DNA from: a virus
Taxonomy: Duplodnaviria; Caudoviricetes
Strand: one strand, 5' to 3'
IMG/VR virus record: IMGVR_UViG_3300025313_000023
Span: 1 to 50,058 of that record
DNA length: 50,058 nucleotides
The position numbers and the translations under genes are program-made. This document shows, one piece after another, positions 18,507-27,147 of the stretch; the first letter of the stretch is position 1; each line of letters opens with the position of its first letter. The notes under the pieces are model-generated. The model was not told where the DNA came from. It saw only the letters and a list, made by a program, of their open reading frames with translations, and did no database searches.

Positions 18507-18522
18507 AGCGAGGAGACCAGGG

Positions 18523-18690
18523 ATGAAACGTAAGCATGTGACACACTACTCCACGCTGGGCCTTGTCATCTGCACCAATCGCGAGCCCGGCCCGCGCCAA
18601 CATGCCGTTTGGGGAAACATGAGAGTGACCTGCAAGAAATGCCGTGACATCCTAGGATTGCCCCAGCGGAGCAAGGAGGCCGGGGGATGA
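18523..18690 (+). CDS. Small Zn-binding hypothetical cassette gene
   Basis: H...C...VTCKKC; starts and ends in connectors. Confidence 0.65.
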   Translation: MKRKHVTHYSTLGLVICTNREPGPRQHAVWGNMRVTCKKCRDILGLPQRSKEAGG

Positions 18691-18872
18691 AACCTGACTG
18701 GCCAGAAATCGTACGCAATCTATTGACCGCCCTTCCTGACAGTCGTGGTCTGGGCGGGACCGACAACCGATGGTGGAGAAGTCTCACTCTTGAGAATCGG
18801 CGCTATGTAAAACGAATGCGGCGCGAAGCCGAGGCCGCTATCCGCAAGGCAGAGCGAGGAGGCCAGAGATGA
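18687..18872 (+). CDS. Basic hypothetical cassette gene
   Basis: Starts and ends in connectors. Confidence 0.6.
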   Translation: MKPDWPEIVRNLLTALPDSRGLGGTDNRWWRSLTLENRRYVKRMRREAEAAIRKAERGGQR

Positions 18873-19285
18873 GTGACTTGAACGAACGTAGAGCCGGGTT
18901 CGTGTACGATGCCGCTCGGCTTGCGGCGGCTGCTGCAGGCGCTCCTATCGTCCCAGTTGCATGGGCCGAGCGGGAGGATGCCTTTCGCAGTCAGTTTCTC
19001 CAGGTGATTGAGCGACAGTGTGGAGAGCAGCGTTCGAGATCGACGGAGGAATTGCACGGCTCCTGGATGCAGGCGTACTTCGCAATGGGATGGACTTATG
19101 GCCTTATCTACGACCGCGAGTCATTGACCCATCCCGACCTTGTGCCCTATGCCGAGCTTGGCCAACTCGAACAAGATAAGGATGCCGTCTTTATCGCCTT
19201 GTGTGAGATTGCGCGCCAATGGATACGAGGGAGCGAGGAGGCCAGGGATGAGCATCATGCCGGGCGTGATGATAGATCTCCATGA
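18869..19285 (+). CDS. RyR-domain protein
   Basis: HGSWM...GWTYG...HPDLVPYAEL...QDKD. Confidence 0.8.
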   Translation: MSDLNERRAGFVYDAARLAAAAAGAPIVPVAWAEREDAFRSQFLQVIERQCGEQRSRSTEELHGSWMQAYFAMGWTYGLIYDRESLTHPDLVPYAELGQLEQDKDAVFIALCEIARQWIRGSEEARDEHHAGRDDRSP

Positions 19286-19463
19286 GTATGAGCACGCGCT
19301 AATCAGGGCGGTTCTGAATGGCCAGGTATTTCCGCCGGTCAGCGCGCTACCAGCATCGCTCGGATACGATCCGTCTGAGTGGCTGGCCATCATCGCAAAC
19401 AGGGCGAAGGCCCAATCCATCTATGACCAATTCGCCCTCAAGAACCGAAAGGAGGGCGGATAG
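19248..19463 (+). CDS. Hypothetical cassette gene
   Basis: Starts in connector 5. Confidence 0.55.
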   Translation: MSIMPGVMIDLHEYEHALIRAVLNGQVFPPVSALPASLGYDPSEWLAIIANRAKAQSIYDQFALKNRKEGG

Positions 19464-19524
19464 GCAAAAGTCATCAGCACGCGCATCAATCCGCCGAACC
19501 ATTGAGAAGCAAGGGAGAGACAGA

Positions 19525-20232
19525 ATGCGAAAGATGATTATCGTACTCAGCCTGACGTTGGCGCTCCTCAGCTTGTTTGGCCTGACGGCGGCCGTCATGG
19601 CCGATCCGCCTCCGAGCTGCCCAGATGGCCAGCATTATGACCAGCAGTCGCAGCAATGCGTGGACAACGGTCCGCCGGAGGAGCCCACGGCCGAGCCGAC
19701 CACAGAACCGACGGCCGAGCAACCGACAGCCACGGCAGTAGTCGATCCGACCGCCACTGACCAGGGGCCGGAGAGCCGTGCATACTGCCACGCCACTAGT
19801 GACCCAAGCGGGACGCACTACCAGTATCTTTTCAACCCGGCCTGGGTGCAGCACTTCGAGAACAACGGTACCCCGAAGGATGGCCACGAATTGGACTTCT
19901 TCACGTTCGAGGGCAATACCGACTGTGTGCGGGACGAGCCCACGGACGATCCGACCGCCACTGAGATCGTTGAGGCGACTGCCACGGATGTCATCGAACC
20001 TACGGCGACCGAAGAGGGCCAGCCAACGGCCACTGAGGAAGGCCGACCAACACCAACGGATGATTGCATCCCTGGAGGCGGCACAGAGTTCGCCCCGTGC
20101 GCAACCGTGACGCCCAAGCCTCCGTCTCATCCTGGGACGGGCCCGGAGGAGTCGTCCGCCGTCCTGGGATGGCTGACGACGATGGGAATCGGACTGGCCT
20201 CCGCCGGCATCGCTGGGATGCGCAGGCGCTAG
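19525..20232 (+). CDS. Secreted Pro/Thr/Glu-rich surface protein with LPXTG-like sorting signal (HPGTG)
   Basis: Sec signal MRKMIIVLSLTLALL...AVMA; EPTA repeats; HPGTG followed by a hydrophobic segment and terminal RRR. Confidence 0.75.
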   Translation: MRKMIIVLSLTLALLSLFGLTAAVMADPPPSCPDGQHYDQQSQQCVDNGPPEEPTAEPTTEPTAEQPTATAVVDPTATDQGPESRAYCHATSDPSGTHYQYLFNPAWVQHFENNGTPKDGHELDFFTFEGNTDCVRDEPTDDPTATEIVEATATDVIEPTATEEGQPTATEEGRPTPTDDCIPGGGTEFAPCATVTPKPPSHPGTGPEESSAVLGWLTTMGIGLASAGIAGMRRR

Positions 20233-20234
20233 CC

Positions 20235-20501
20235 ATGTTCAAGTTCGATCAGCACGAGAAGGTGAAGGACATCATCTCCGGCTTCACTGGGTTGGTGGTA
20301 GGACGCACCGAATGGGACAACGGCTGCATCAGATACACCGTCGCATCCCAGAAGCTCGACAAGGACGGGAAGGTGATCGCGAGCGAGGCATTCGATGAGT
20401 CTAATCTCGTGAGCCTTCACAAGCCCAACCTCGTCGATCCTGACGAGGGCAGGGCGCGCCCGGGTGGGCCTCCAGTGTACGGAGATCCGAGGCCTCGGTG
20501 A
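20235..20501 (+). CDS. Conserved phage hypothetical protein (SH3-like)
   Basis: KVKDIISGFTGLVVGRTEWDNGC...FDE...PGGP. Confidence 0.7.
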   Translation: MFKFDQHEKVKDIISGFTGLVVGRTEWDNGCIRYTVASQKLDKDGKVIASEAFDESNLVSLHKPNLVDPDEGRARPGGPPVYGDPRPR

Positions 20502-21334
20502 AACCGATCTGGCCGCCGTACTTCCTGGCGGTAGGCCTGCTGATGATCCTCAGCGGGGCGGGCCTCTATCTGCAGCGATACATGCCGCAGAAGCCGAGGG
20601 CCCGACACGGCATGGCGGCGGTAGTGCCCAAGGCTACCGTCGCCGTGCCAGTGTCCATCCTGGCCATCGAGGCGGCCGGGATGCCTACGCCTCTCCCGAC
20701 GGTCTGGATTGAGCCAACGCCCAACCAGCACGCCGCCTGGACCTACGACGGAGTGGACCTTGCCTCCAGCCAGGTGACGTTCGTGACGGTTGGAGGCATC
20801 GCCCTCAATCCAGTCACGCCCTACCCTTGGACACCGGACTCCCTCGGCTCCGGCATCTTCGACTGGGGCCATCGGACCGGGCTCGCCTGGGCTGACGATC
20901 ATGGGCGGGTCGGATTCTGGATCCACTCGGGCGAGGACGAGACCGCCTATCCCCTCCAACTCGTCCTTGAGCGGACGCCACAGGGATACCTCGTCTCCGC
21001 TGACGAAGGCGAGGCCCGGTTGGCGGCGCTCATCGGAGCACCCGTTACCATCGATCAGGCGGGGTGGGCGGAGAACTCCATCGTGGTGGCCGCCGTGCGC
21101 GTCCCACCGCTTGAGGTTCCGAGCCTCGATGGCCACGTCGAGGACCTAGCCGAGTACCTGGCTGAGCACTATCCCGGTCAGGGATGGGAGCAGATCGTCG
21201 CTCGGGACGATGCGCTGATGCTCTTCTTCTGCGGCCTCCGTCTCGCTGGCGAGGAGAAGAATCCGAGAGAGAACTTCTATCGCCAGGCAAGGTTCATCAT
21301 CGGACTTCTACCAGAGCGAGGAGGCCAGGGATGA
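20498..21334 (+). CDS. Putative divergent sortase
   Basis: N-terminal TM; His (GRVGFWIHSG), Cys (LMLFFCG) and Arg (ARFIIGL) in sortase order; substrate-like gene upstream. Confidence 0.6.
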   Translation: MKPIWPPYFLAVGLLMILSGAGLYLQRYMPQKPRARHGMAAVVPKATVAVPVSILAIEAAGMPTPLPTVWIEPTPNQHAAWTYDGVDLASSQVTFVTVGGIALNPVTPYPWTPDSLGSGIFDWGHRTGLAWADDHGRVGFWIHSGEDETAYPLQLVLERTPQGYLVSADEGEARLAALIGAPVTIDQAGWAENSIVVAAVRVPPLEVPSLDGHVEDLAEYLAEHYPGQGWEQIVARDDALMLFFCGLRLAGEEKNPRENFYRQARFIIGLLPERGGQG

Positions 21335-21642
21335 GTGACATGACAGAGAAGGAGCGCGCCGACCGCCTGGAGGCTATGGTAGATCGCCTGTTGGGGACGA
21401 TTGTCGAGTTGAAGTCCGAACTCTCCGCCTCGCAGGCTGAGCTTGCTGTAGCCAACATGCGACTGCAAGCGTCTGAGGAGCGGGTGCAGGATCCGGCGGG
21501 CAAATTAGCGGTATGGCAAGACATTCATACGCCAGGGCAGACAGCCGAACCATACACGGTCACATGGACGAGTAGCGATGGGACGAGGGGCGAGTTCATC
21601 GTGGGTGGCCGGTCGCAGAGCGAGGAGGCCAGGGATGAGTGA
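21331..21642 (+). CDS. Coiled-coil hypothetical cassette gene
   Basis: Starts and ends in connectors; LSASQ and ASEERV motifs. Confidence 0.65.
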   Translation: MSDMTEKERADRLEAMVDRLLGTIVELKSELSASQAELAVANMRLQASEERVQDPAGKLAVWQDIHTPGQTAEPYTVTWTSSDGTRGEFIVGGRSQSEEARDE

Positions 21643-21892
21643 CATTCGATGGACGAATGAATTTTGCCCACCGGCTACGAAGATTGCCCGCGTTGCCTGT
21701 AGACTTTTCGGCCATTCGATCTTCCGTGAAACAAGCGAGATGATCTACTGCCTGCGATGCTGGCGGATCGGATGGGTCATAGAACGCCCACGCAAATTGA
21801 TGGGCTACCCTCGCCGATTCGTGAACGAGCGTCCAGATCCAACGAGCGACCCACCGACCCACCGGTCATTGAGAGAGGAGACCAAGCAATGA
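21635..21892 (+). CDS. DUF1660-like small Zn-binding protein
   Basis: CRLFGH...CLRC. Confidence 0.6.
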   Translation: MSDIRWTNEFCPPATKIARVACRLFGHSIFRETSEMIYCLRCWRIGWVIERPRKLMGYPRRFVNERPDPTSDPPTHRSLREETKQ

Positions 21893-22518
21893 TCGGCACA
21901 GCCACATGGTTCGATTTGGATGATCGTGGTCTCAGCATTGAGGCCGCGCCTGACAAGCCGCCTGACTTCGAGGACGTCGGCCTTCTCTTCATCGAGATCC
22001 TCCGCATGGGAGAGAGCTACCATTGGTCGCTCGGTGATCTCTATATCTACGCTGAAGAGCGGTTCGGAGAGCAGGCGGCGCAGCTCGTCGATGCCGCCCA
22101 CGTCCGCCCTAAGACGCTGCAGAACATCCTCTACGTCTGCCGGCGCTTCCCGAAACTCAATCGGGTCCAGGGACTTCGGTTCTCCCACCACGCGGCGGCC
22201 GCCTCGCTCTTCGGCGTGGCGGAGCATCCTGAGTGGGAGGAGGCCGGCTGGCTCCTCCTGCAGGACGCAGTTCACCAGGGCCTGACCGAGGATGATGTCA
22301 CAGAACGATCGAAGCTCATCCGTGGTGTCGAACCGAGAGGCGAGTCAGTGTCCTTCGAGAAGCGGCCGCTCCCCGACAGGATTTCGATCCTCATCAAGAA
22401 GGTCGAGGGCGTCATCGCCGACCTTCCAGATGACTGGGATGCCGAGCTGGAGCTCCTCAACGACGCACTGGACAGCCTCACGAAGTGCGCTACGGCAGCC
22501 AAGGACCATCCCGCATGA
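21889..22518 (+). CDS. LmbU-like DNA-binding protein
   Basis: WSLGDL...V.RRF...R...LRFSHHAAAA. Confidence 0.65.
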   Translation: MIGTATWFDLDDRGLSIEAAPDKPPDFEDVGLLFIEILRMGESYHWSLGDLYIYAEERFGEQAAQLVDAAHVRPKTLQNILYVCRRFPKLNRVQGLRFSHHAAAASLFGVAEHPEWEEAGWLLLQDAVHQGLTEDDVTERSKLIRGVEPRGESVSFEKRPLPDRISILIKKVEGVIADLPDDWDAELELLNDALDSLTKCATAAKDHPA

Positions 22519-22730
22519 ACGAGCTGGCCGCCTCCGCCATGAAGGCCCAGGTCCTGCATGCGCTCTCCATCCTGGACCGCGTCGAGGTCAAGCTCCTCCG
22601 CCTCGGCCGCTTCGATGCCGAGAGCCTGAAGCGGACACAGGCCCTCGAGCGGGCGACGATGACATGCCCTTCGTGCGGCTCGATTCTCCGCTGTGGTTTA
22701 TGCGGACATTCTTCAAAGGTGAAGACGTGA
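22515..22730 (+). CDS. Zn-ribbon hypothetical protein
   Basis: CPSC...CGLC; ATGA coupled. Confidence 0.6.
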   Translation: MNELAASAMKAQVLHALSILDRVEVKLLRLGRFDAESLKRTQALERATMTCPSCGSILRCGLCGHSSKVKT

Positions 22731-22831
22731 CAAACTGGCGGGTCTTATCCATGCTCTTCGGTTGGGGTCTCTTCTCAATTGTGATGACCATGCTCATCGT
22801 CTTCGCTGCCTGGGCCCTCGGAGCGAAGTGA
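22727..22831 (+). CDS. 34-aa membrane peptide
   Basis: GTGA/TGATG overlaps on both sides; hydrophobic. Confidence 0.45.
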   Translation: MTNWRVLSMLFGWGLFSIVMTMLIVFAAWALGAK

Positions 22832-23019
22832 TGGCATCCAAGAGAGCGGTCAGGCGAAAAGCGTGTCGAGGCAAGGTCGCATATACCGATCTCGATGGCG
22901 CCAAGCACGCGGCCAGCCGGACGAGTAAGAGACTCGACACCCCGATGTGGGCGTATGCCTGTAAACATTGTGGAAAATGGCACATCGGGCATCCCGGCCG
23001 GCGGAGGGGCGAGACATGA
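22831..23019 (+). CDS. Small basic Zn-finger protein
   Basis: C..K..Y...AYACKHCGKWHIG. Confidence 0.7.
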   Translation: MASKRAVRRKACRGKVAYTDLDGAKHAASRTSKRLDTPMWAYACKHCGKWHIGHPGRRRGET

Positions 23020-23447
23020 CCGATCCAATCCTCTACTTCTCCGTCAAGGGAACGCCGGTCCCCAAGCCCAGGATGAGTCAGCGTGATCGCTGGCAACATC
23101 GTCCAGCGGTCGCGCGCTATCGTGAGTATGTGGATGAGATCCGGGCTGGTGGGGTCGATGCCAAGCGCGCCGCGCACCTAGGGGACTTCTTTCACCTCGC
23201 TGGCCCGCTACGCGTGTCAATGACCTTCACGTCGACGGAGACCTACCTGACTGTCGCTCGGGCGGAACTCCCCTATCGTCGTCCGCCCGGCTTGCGGTTC
23301 GATCTGGATAACGGTGTCAAGGCAGTGCTTGAGGCACTGCAGCCGCAACATGGCATCCTGTCCGCGTCCATCCTGAAGGACGACAACCAGGTGGTGGCCC
23401 TGGAGGCCGCCTTCCTGGATCCCGATCACATGCAGGCAGTGCTATAA
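23016..23447 (+). CDS. rusA: RusA-like Holliday junction resolvase
   Basis: GTPVPKPR...DLDNGVKAVLEAL...DDNQV. Confidence 0.85.
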   Translation: MTDPILYFSVKGTPVPKPRMSQRDRWQHRPAVARYREYVDEIRAGGVDAKRAAHLGDFFHLAGPLRVSMTFTSTETYLTVARAELPYRRPPGLRFDLDNGVKAVLEALQPQHGILSASILKDDNQVVALEAAFLDPDHMQAVL

Positions 23448-23448
23448 T
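23440..23448 (+). promoter_or_regulatory. Extended -10 promoter TGCTATAAT
   Basis: Perfect TGnTATAAT upstream of the XRE gene. Confidence 0.55.
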
Positions 23449-23502
23449 CGGCATGTAATGCCTACACAGGACAGATGCTATCGGCTCGGTGGGTTGCTTT
23501 AG

Positions 23503-23874
23503 ATGGCCGTGACGTCTGACGCCGCAAACCAGCCATTTCTTCCCGACTTCGATGTCACGGGGGCAGAGCGCATTCTGACGTTCAGACGTAAGCTGGGATG
23601 GAGCCGGACGCGCCTAGCAGTCGCCCTCGGATACAGCTACTCCTATATCGCCAACATCGAGAAGCAACTCCAGCCGATGAGCGACCGATTCCTCATCCGG
23701 CTCGCGGCAATCGAGCGCAGACATGACGGCAAGCATTTCGTGGACTTCTATCCGACGCACCAGGCCGCAACGTCATCGGCCAGGGAGTGCATTGAGTGTG
23801 GCAGCCCGTTCCTGGCGAACACCCCGACCCGCCGCCTCTGTCTGATCTGTTCGCCCCCTAGACTCAAAGCATGA
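23503..23874 (+). CDS. XRE-family HTH protein with C-terminal Zn ribbon
   Basis: RRKLGWSRTRLAVALGYSYSYIANIE; CIEC...CLIC. Confidence 0.8.
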   Translation: MAVTSDAANQPFLPDFDVTGAERILTFRRKLGWSRTRLAVALGYSYSYIANIEKQLQPMSDRFLIRLAAIERRHDGKHFVDFYPTHQAATSSARECIECGSPFLANTPTRRLCLICSPPRLKA

Positions 23875-23878
23875 ATCG

Positions 23879-23908
23879 GACGGGCCCGACCGTGAGGCCG
23901 AGCCCGTC
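23879..23908 (-). terminator. GC-rich hairpin at the convergence of the two arms
   Basis: GACGGGCTCGGCC-TCAC-GGTCGGGCCCGTC, 13 bp with two G-U pairs; no clear U-tract. Confidence 0.45.
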
Positions 23909-23963
23909 ACCCTGAAGGAGTGTGCCCGCAACGGGAGGCGTGGACTCCCGATGGGACCTTGGG

Positions 23964-24347
23964 TTATGGCGACTGCGGCCTCGGATTGAGAGCCTTGTAG
24001 ACGTAGGTCACAGTCGCCAGGAAGATGAAGGAGGCGGCCAGGATGTTCTCGGCGGTGGCCTGGAAGCCCAGGAAGTAGCCCCCAATCAGCATCGCTACGC
24101 CCGCCACGATCACCGAGATCAGAAGCACAACACGGAATGCGGCGAGGCCTTCGACGCCCAGCACTTTCTTGATCCAGTCGATCAGGCCTGGGGCGACGAG
24201 GCCGAGCACCAGCGTCACGAGAAGCGTGGCCGCTGACAGGACGGCCTCCGGGATCTCCTGCAGCAGCACGGCCGCGATCAAGAGCGGCACCAGCAGAAGG
24301 ACGAGAGCGGTCAACGCGAGCCGACGGTACAGAGAGCTTTTGTTCAT
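23964..24347 (-). CDS. Multi-pass membrane protein, holin-like
   Basis: AGGAGG RBS, four hydrophobic segments, end of the lysis region; possible own promoter TTGACC-16-TATTAT. Confidence 0.55.
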   Translation of the reverse strand: MNKSSLYRRLALTALVLLLVPLLIAAVLLQEIPEAVLSAATLLVTLVLGLVAPGLIDWIKKVLGVEGLAAFRVVLLISVIVAGVAMLIGGYFLGFQATAENILAASFIFLATVTYVYKALNPRPQSP

Positions 24348-24409
24348 TTTGCTGTGTTCCTCCTGGGGAGAATAATACACCCCGAGGCCTATTGGTCAAG
24401 CCCCGTCGG

Positions 24410-25651
24410 TCACGAATCAATCAAGCGGAAGTCAATCCTCGGATTCTCAAGGAGCCTGAGTAGGGCGTCCTCATCGGCCTGCCGAAAGTGTAGGAGTACG
24501 ATGTCTCCCTCAGAAACGGGTGCGCCCGCATTTAGGTCGGATGTATCGATGTCCCAGAGATACGGCGTCAGACCATCCTCGCGCGCGAACGTCTCGAATG
24601 CGCGGGTGTCAAGGCCGTAAGGCGGTCGGGCAGCGAAGATGAGACCATCATCAAGCGGGCCCGCCAACTCGATCATCGTTCCGTTCCAGCTTGAAAAATC
24701 ACGACGCCAATCCCCGGCGATCCATAGGCCAATCTCGCCCATGTCTGGGTGATGCATCGTGTGGTAGGCAATCTGATTGCCCTGGCTAATCGCCATCTGA
24801 ATTCGATCTGGCCCCAGAGATTTTGCCGCATCGCCGATGAGGAAGAAGGTCGCGACCGCATTGTGATCTCGGAGCATGGCGAGCATCCGGTCAAAGCTAA
24901 CCACACTCCATCCGTCGTCGATCGTCAGATAGACGGACACGGTTCGTGACGAGATCTTGAAGTCTTGAATGACCCCATCGATTCGCCACCGAGAATTTCC
25001 TAGATAGAGAGGCGCTCGCTCGTAGTGATCCGTGAAATGGACTTGGGAAAGCCACCAGTCTGGATAGTCAACCACCTCGACGGGGCCCTCCTCGCGGAAG
25101 CGAGCTGGGTTCATCTTTGAGATTGTCACGCCATCGATAGGATCATCCATGCTCCAGCGTTCCTTAGTCTCCCAGCTGACCTCGACGACCTCCCGGCGGT
25201 ATTTGACAATGGCATAGATGTCATCGCCCTGCGCGCAATCGACGGTGAGGAATGGCCCTTCCCAGGCCTGTCGGGGACGGAGGATCCAGACTGGCTTTCC
25301 GAGATCCGCGCAGGACATCATGGCCACGCCTCCAACGTAGCCGGGCGTCGCGGGCATCATTCCTGGGGCATACCATACGGCCCGGCCGATACTAACGGGC
25401 GGCGCCGGCGTCATCCAGCTATCGACGGATACCATGCCCGGCACCCAGCCGCCCCACCACCAGTACCCATCGAACTTGTTCTCGTTGTTGCAGATGACGG
25501 CCGCCTGTTCGTAGGGGCATTCATCGCCAGCCGAACCGGGCGTGGTGACGGCCAACATCCAGATGGCGATGCTGATCCCGACCGCAGCTGACATAGCAGA
25601 GCCGAGGGGTCGTTTCGTTTTGTCCTCCCTATGACGGGCTGGCATCCTCAA
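24410..25651 (-). CDS. Secreted fusion: DPBB/RlpA-like domain plus CE4 (NodB) polysaccharide deacetylase; true start probably downstream of 25651
   Basis: Signal-like segment; GRAVWY...VDCA; LTIDDG, ATFF, HTMHH, RPPYG, WDIDTSD, IVLLH. Confidence 0.8.
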   Translation of the reverse strand: MRMPARHREDKTKRPLGSAMSAAVGISIAIWMLAVTTPGSAGDECPYEQAAVICNNENKFDGYWWWGGWVPGMVSVDSWMTPAPPVSIGRAVWYAPGMMPATPGYVGGVAMMSCADLGKPVWILRPRQAWEGPFLTVDCAQGDDIYAIVKYRREVVEVSWETKERWSMDDPIDGVTISKMNPARFREEGPVEVVDYPDWWLSQVHFTDHYERAPLYLGNSRWRIDGVIQDFKISSRTVSVYLTIDDGWSVVSFDRMLAMLRDHNAVATFFLIGDAAKSLGPDRIQMAISQGNQIAYHTMHHPDMGEIGLWIAGDWRRDFSSWNGTMIELAGPLDDGLIFAARPPYGLDTRAFETFAREDGLTPYLWDIDTSDLNAGAPVSEGDIVLLHFRQADEDALLRLLENPRIDFRLIDS

Positions 25652-25652
25652 T

Positions 25653-25681
25653 ATTATGGCCTAACCCTGCCACATGCGCAA
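25653..25681 (-). promoter_or_regulatory. Putative promoter of the deacetylase gene
   Basis: TTGCGC-17 bp-CATAAT in the intergenic gap. Confidence 0.5.
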
Positions 25682-25731
25682 GGCGTAAGGTGGCCTGATT
25701 TGGGATGGCTTGGGGCGTACTTTAGACCTAT

Positions 25732-26109
25732 TCAAGCGGCCCGCTTGCGGCGGTCCGGACCTACCCGGATGGCCTCTAGGGTACGCCCGTGCCGCTTCTC
25801 GGCCAGGGCCTCGTGGCGAGCTATGGCCTCCGTCAGGCCGGCCATGGCATCGGTGAGGCTAGCGAGGCTGGCCTCCCCGTGCTCCATGCCCTCCCTGCGC
25901 TGGGAGCGGTCGAGGGCGAGGGCCTCCTTCATGGCCGCGTCCCGGTTATCCATCGATTTGGCGAAGGCTTCGGTCAAGTCCTTGATGGTCCTATGGAAAA
26001 GGATGTCCCTGGCCTCACGCTCCTTGCTGTCCAGGCGGCGCCACACGATCGCGAAGATGATGAACGCGCCGACTGCGCCGGCCTGAAAGAGGATCTGCTC
26101 GATCGTCAT
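25732..26109 (-). CDS. N-terminal TM plus coiled-coil protein (holin/lysis-associated)
   Basis: ATGA overlap with the endolysin; AGAVGAFIIFAIVW. Confidence 0.6.
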   Translation of the reverse strand: MTIEQILFQAGAVGAFIIFAIVWRRLDSKEREARDILFHRTIKDLTEAFAKSMDNRDAAMKEALALDRSQRREGMEHGEASLASLTDAMAGLTEAIARHEALAEKRHGRTLEAIRVGPDRRKRAA

Positions 26110-27140
26110 GGGATGTCGTGGACCTTGTAGGCGGGCGCCCACATCCAGCCGACTTCGACGCCCATGCCCACGCGCCACCAGTCGCCGCCAATGCCGCCGC
26201 CCGTCTCGAGCCGTTCGAAGACCGTGCCTGCCGGAAGCAGCCGGATCACCGGGTAGGAAACGCCCGGCCCGGTCCGCAGGTTGGCCTGCAGCACGAGCGA
26301 CCAGTAGTCATGGCCAGAAGGCGGGATGGGAAGATCGCCCCAGGTGAAGTTGGCGATCGCCGACTTCTGCTCATCGGTCGCCAGGTCCAGCGCCCACACG
26401 CTCGCCCCCGCCAGCCCCAACTCCACGGAGCGGCGGAAGAACGCCGTCAACTGCGCTGGCGTGGCCCGCCAGGGGCCGGCCGCTAGGTAGGTGGGGGCGA
26501 CCCCGATGTAGGGCAGCAGCCGTACCTGGGCGTATTGCTTGACGCTCATCTCAAGCTGGATCCCCCCGCCGTTGATCCGGTTGTCGCCCAGGAAATAGAC
26601 CTGCGGGGACCACCCGTCCATGGCGGGGGCGAAGATCCGCACCGGGAAGTCTGGCTGGTGGGTCAGCGGCCAGCGATAGGAGCACAGCGTCAAGAACAGA
26701 CCCGGCCCGATCCGGTTAGCCTCTCGAGCGTACTCGTCCGCCCATCCGGGCTTGTTACGGTATTGCGCTTCGGCGTCGACCTGGTAGTGCTCCATGCCGT
26801 GCTTCCGCGCGACCTGGATAGCCTTGACAGCTTCCTTGGCCGGCGTGCAGGAAATCGGCACGGGGATGCTGGGGACGTAATCCCAAATGATCCGGCGCCC
26901 CCACAACCATCCCCAGCCATCGACTGCGATGCCGGCTTCCTTCAGTGCGCCGACCGTCGCCGGAAGCAGTTCGTAATTGGTCCGGCTGCCCCCCTCCCAC
27001 TTCTCGCGGTTGCCGTCAACGATCTTGATGGACACCCGGCTGAGGCCGAGCCGCTTGGCTTCGGCGACCTGCCAGCGCGGATCCCCGCCCTGCCAGTTCC
27101 GCAGCTTCCACACCATCGCCTGCTTGCCAGTTGGGATCAT
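26106..27140 (-). CDS. Endolysin: glycoside-hydrolase-like barrel plus SH3b
   Basis: VDAE, PQVY motifs; ANLRTGPGVSYPVI...WWRV...GWM; position after tail genes. Confidence 0.75.
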   Translation of the reverse strand: MIPTGKQAMVWKLRNWQGGDPRWQVAEAKRLGLSRVSIKIVDGNREKWEGGSRTNYELLPATVGALKEAGIAVDGWGWLWGRRIIWDYVPSIPVPISCTPAKEAVKAIQVARKHGMEHYQVDAEAQYRNKPGWADEYAREANRIGPGLFLTLCSYRWPLTHQPDFPVRIFAPAMDGWSPQVYFLGDNRINGGGIQLEMSVKQYAQVRLLPYIGVAPTYLAAGPWRATPAQLTAFFRRSVELGLAGASVWALDLATDEQKSAIANFTWGDLPIPPSGHDYWSLVLQANLRTGPGVSYPVIRLLPAGTVFERLETGGGIGGDWWRVGMGVEVGWMWAPAYKVHDIP

Positions 27141-27147
27141 GCTTTCC

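Larger units (their letters stand above)
18166..21892 (+). repeat. Dispersed gene-junction repeat GAGCGAGGAGGCCAGGGATGAGTGAC (7 copies plus 1 degenerate)
   Basis: Copies start at 18166, 18506, 18669, 18852, 19231, 21314, 21618 and, degenerate, 21871; each supplies the RBS and ATG of the next gene. Confidence 0.92.

Noticed and set aside
18166-21892. Connector repeats as a CRISPR array or integron attC sites
   Set aside because: Spacing is irregular (about 160-2100 bp), the intervals are genes, the repeats are not palindromic, and no cas or intI gene is present
23503-23874. XRE gene as a CI immunity repressor
   Set aside because: No peptidase domain, not at the divergent promoter, and no integrase to go with it
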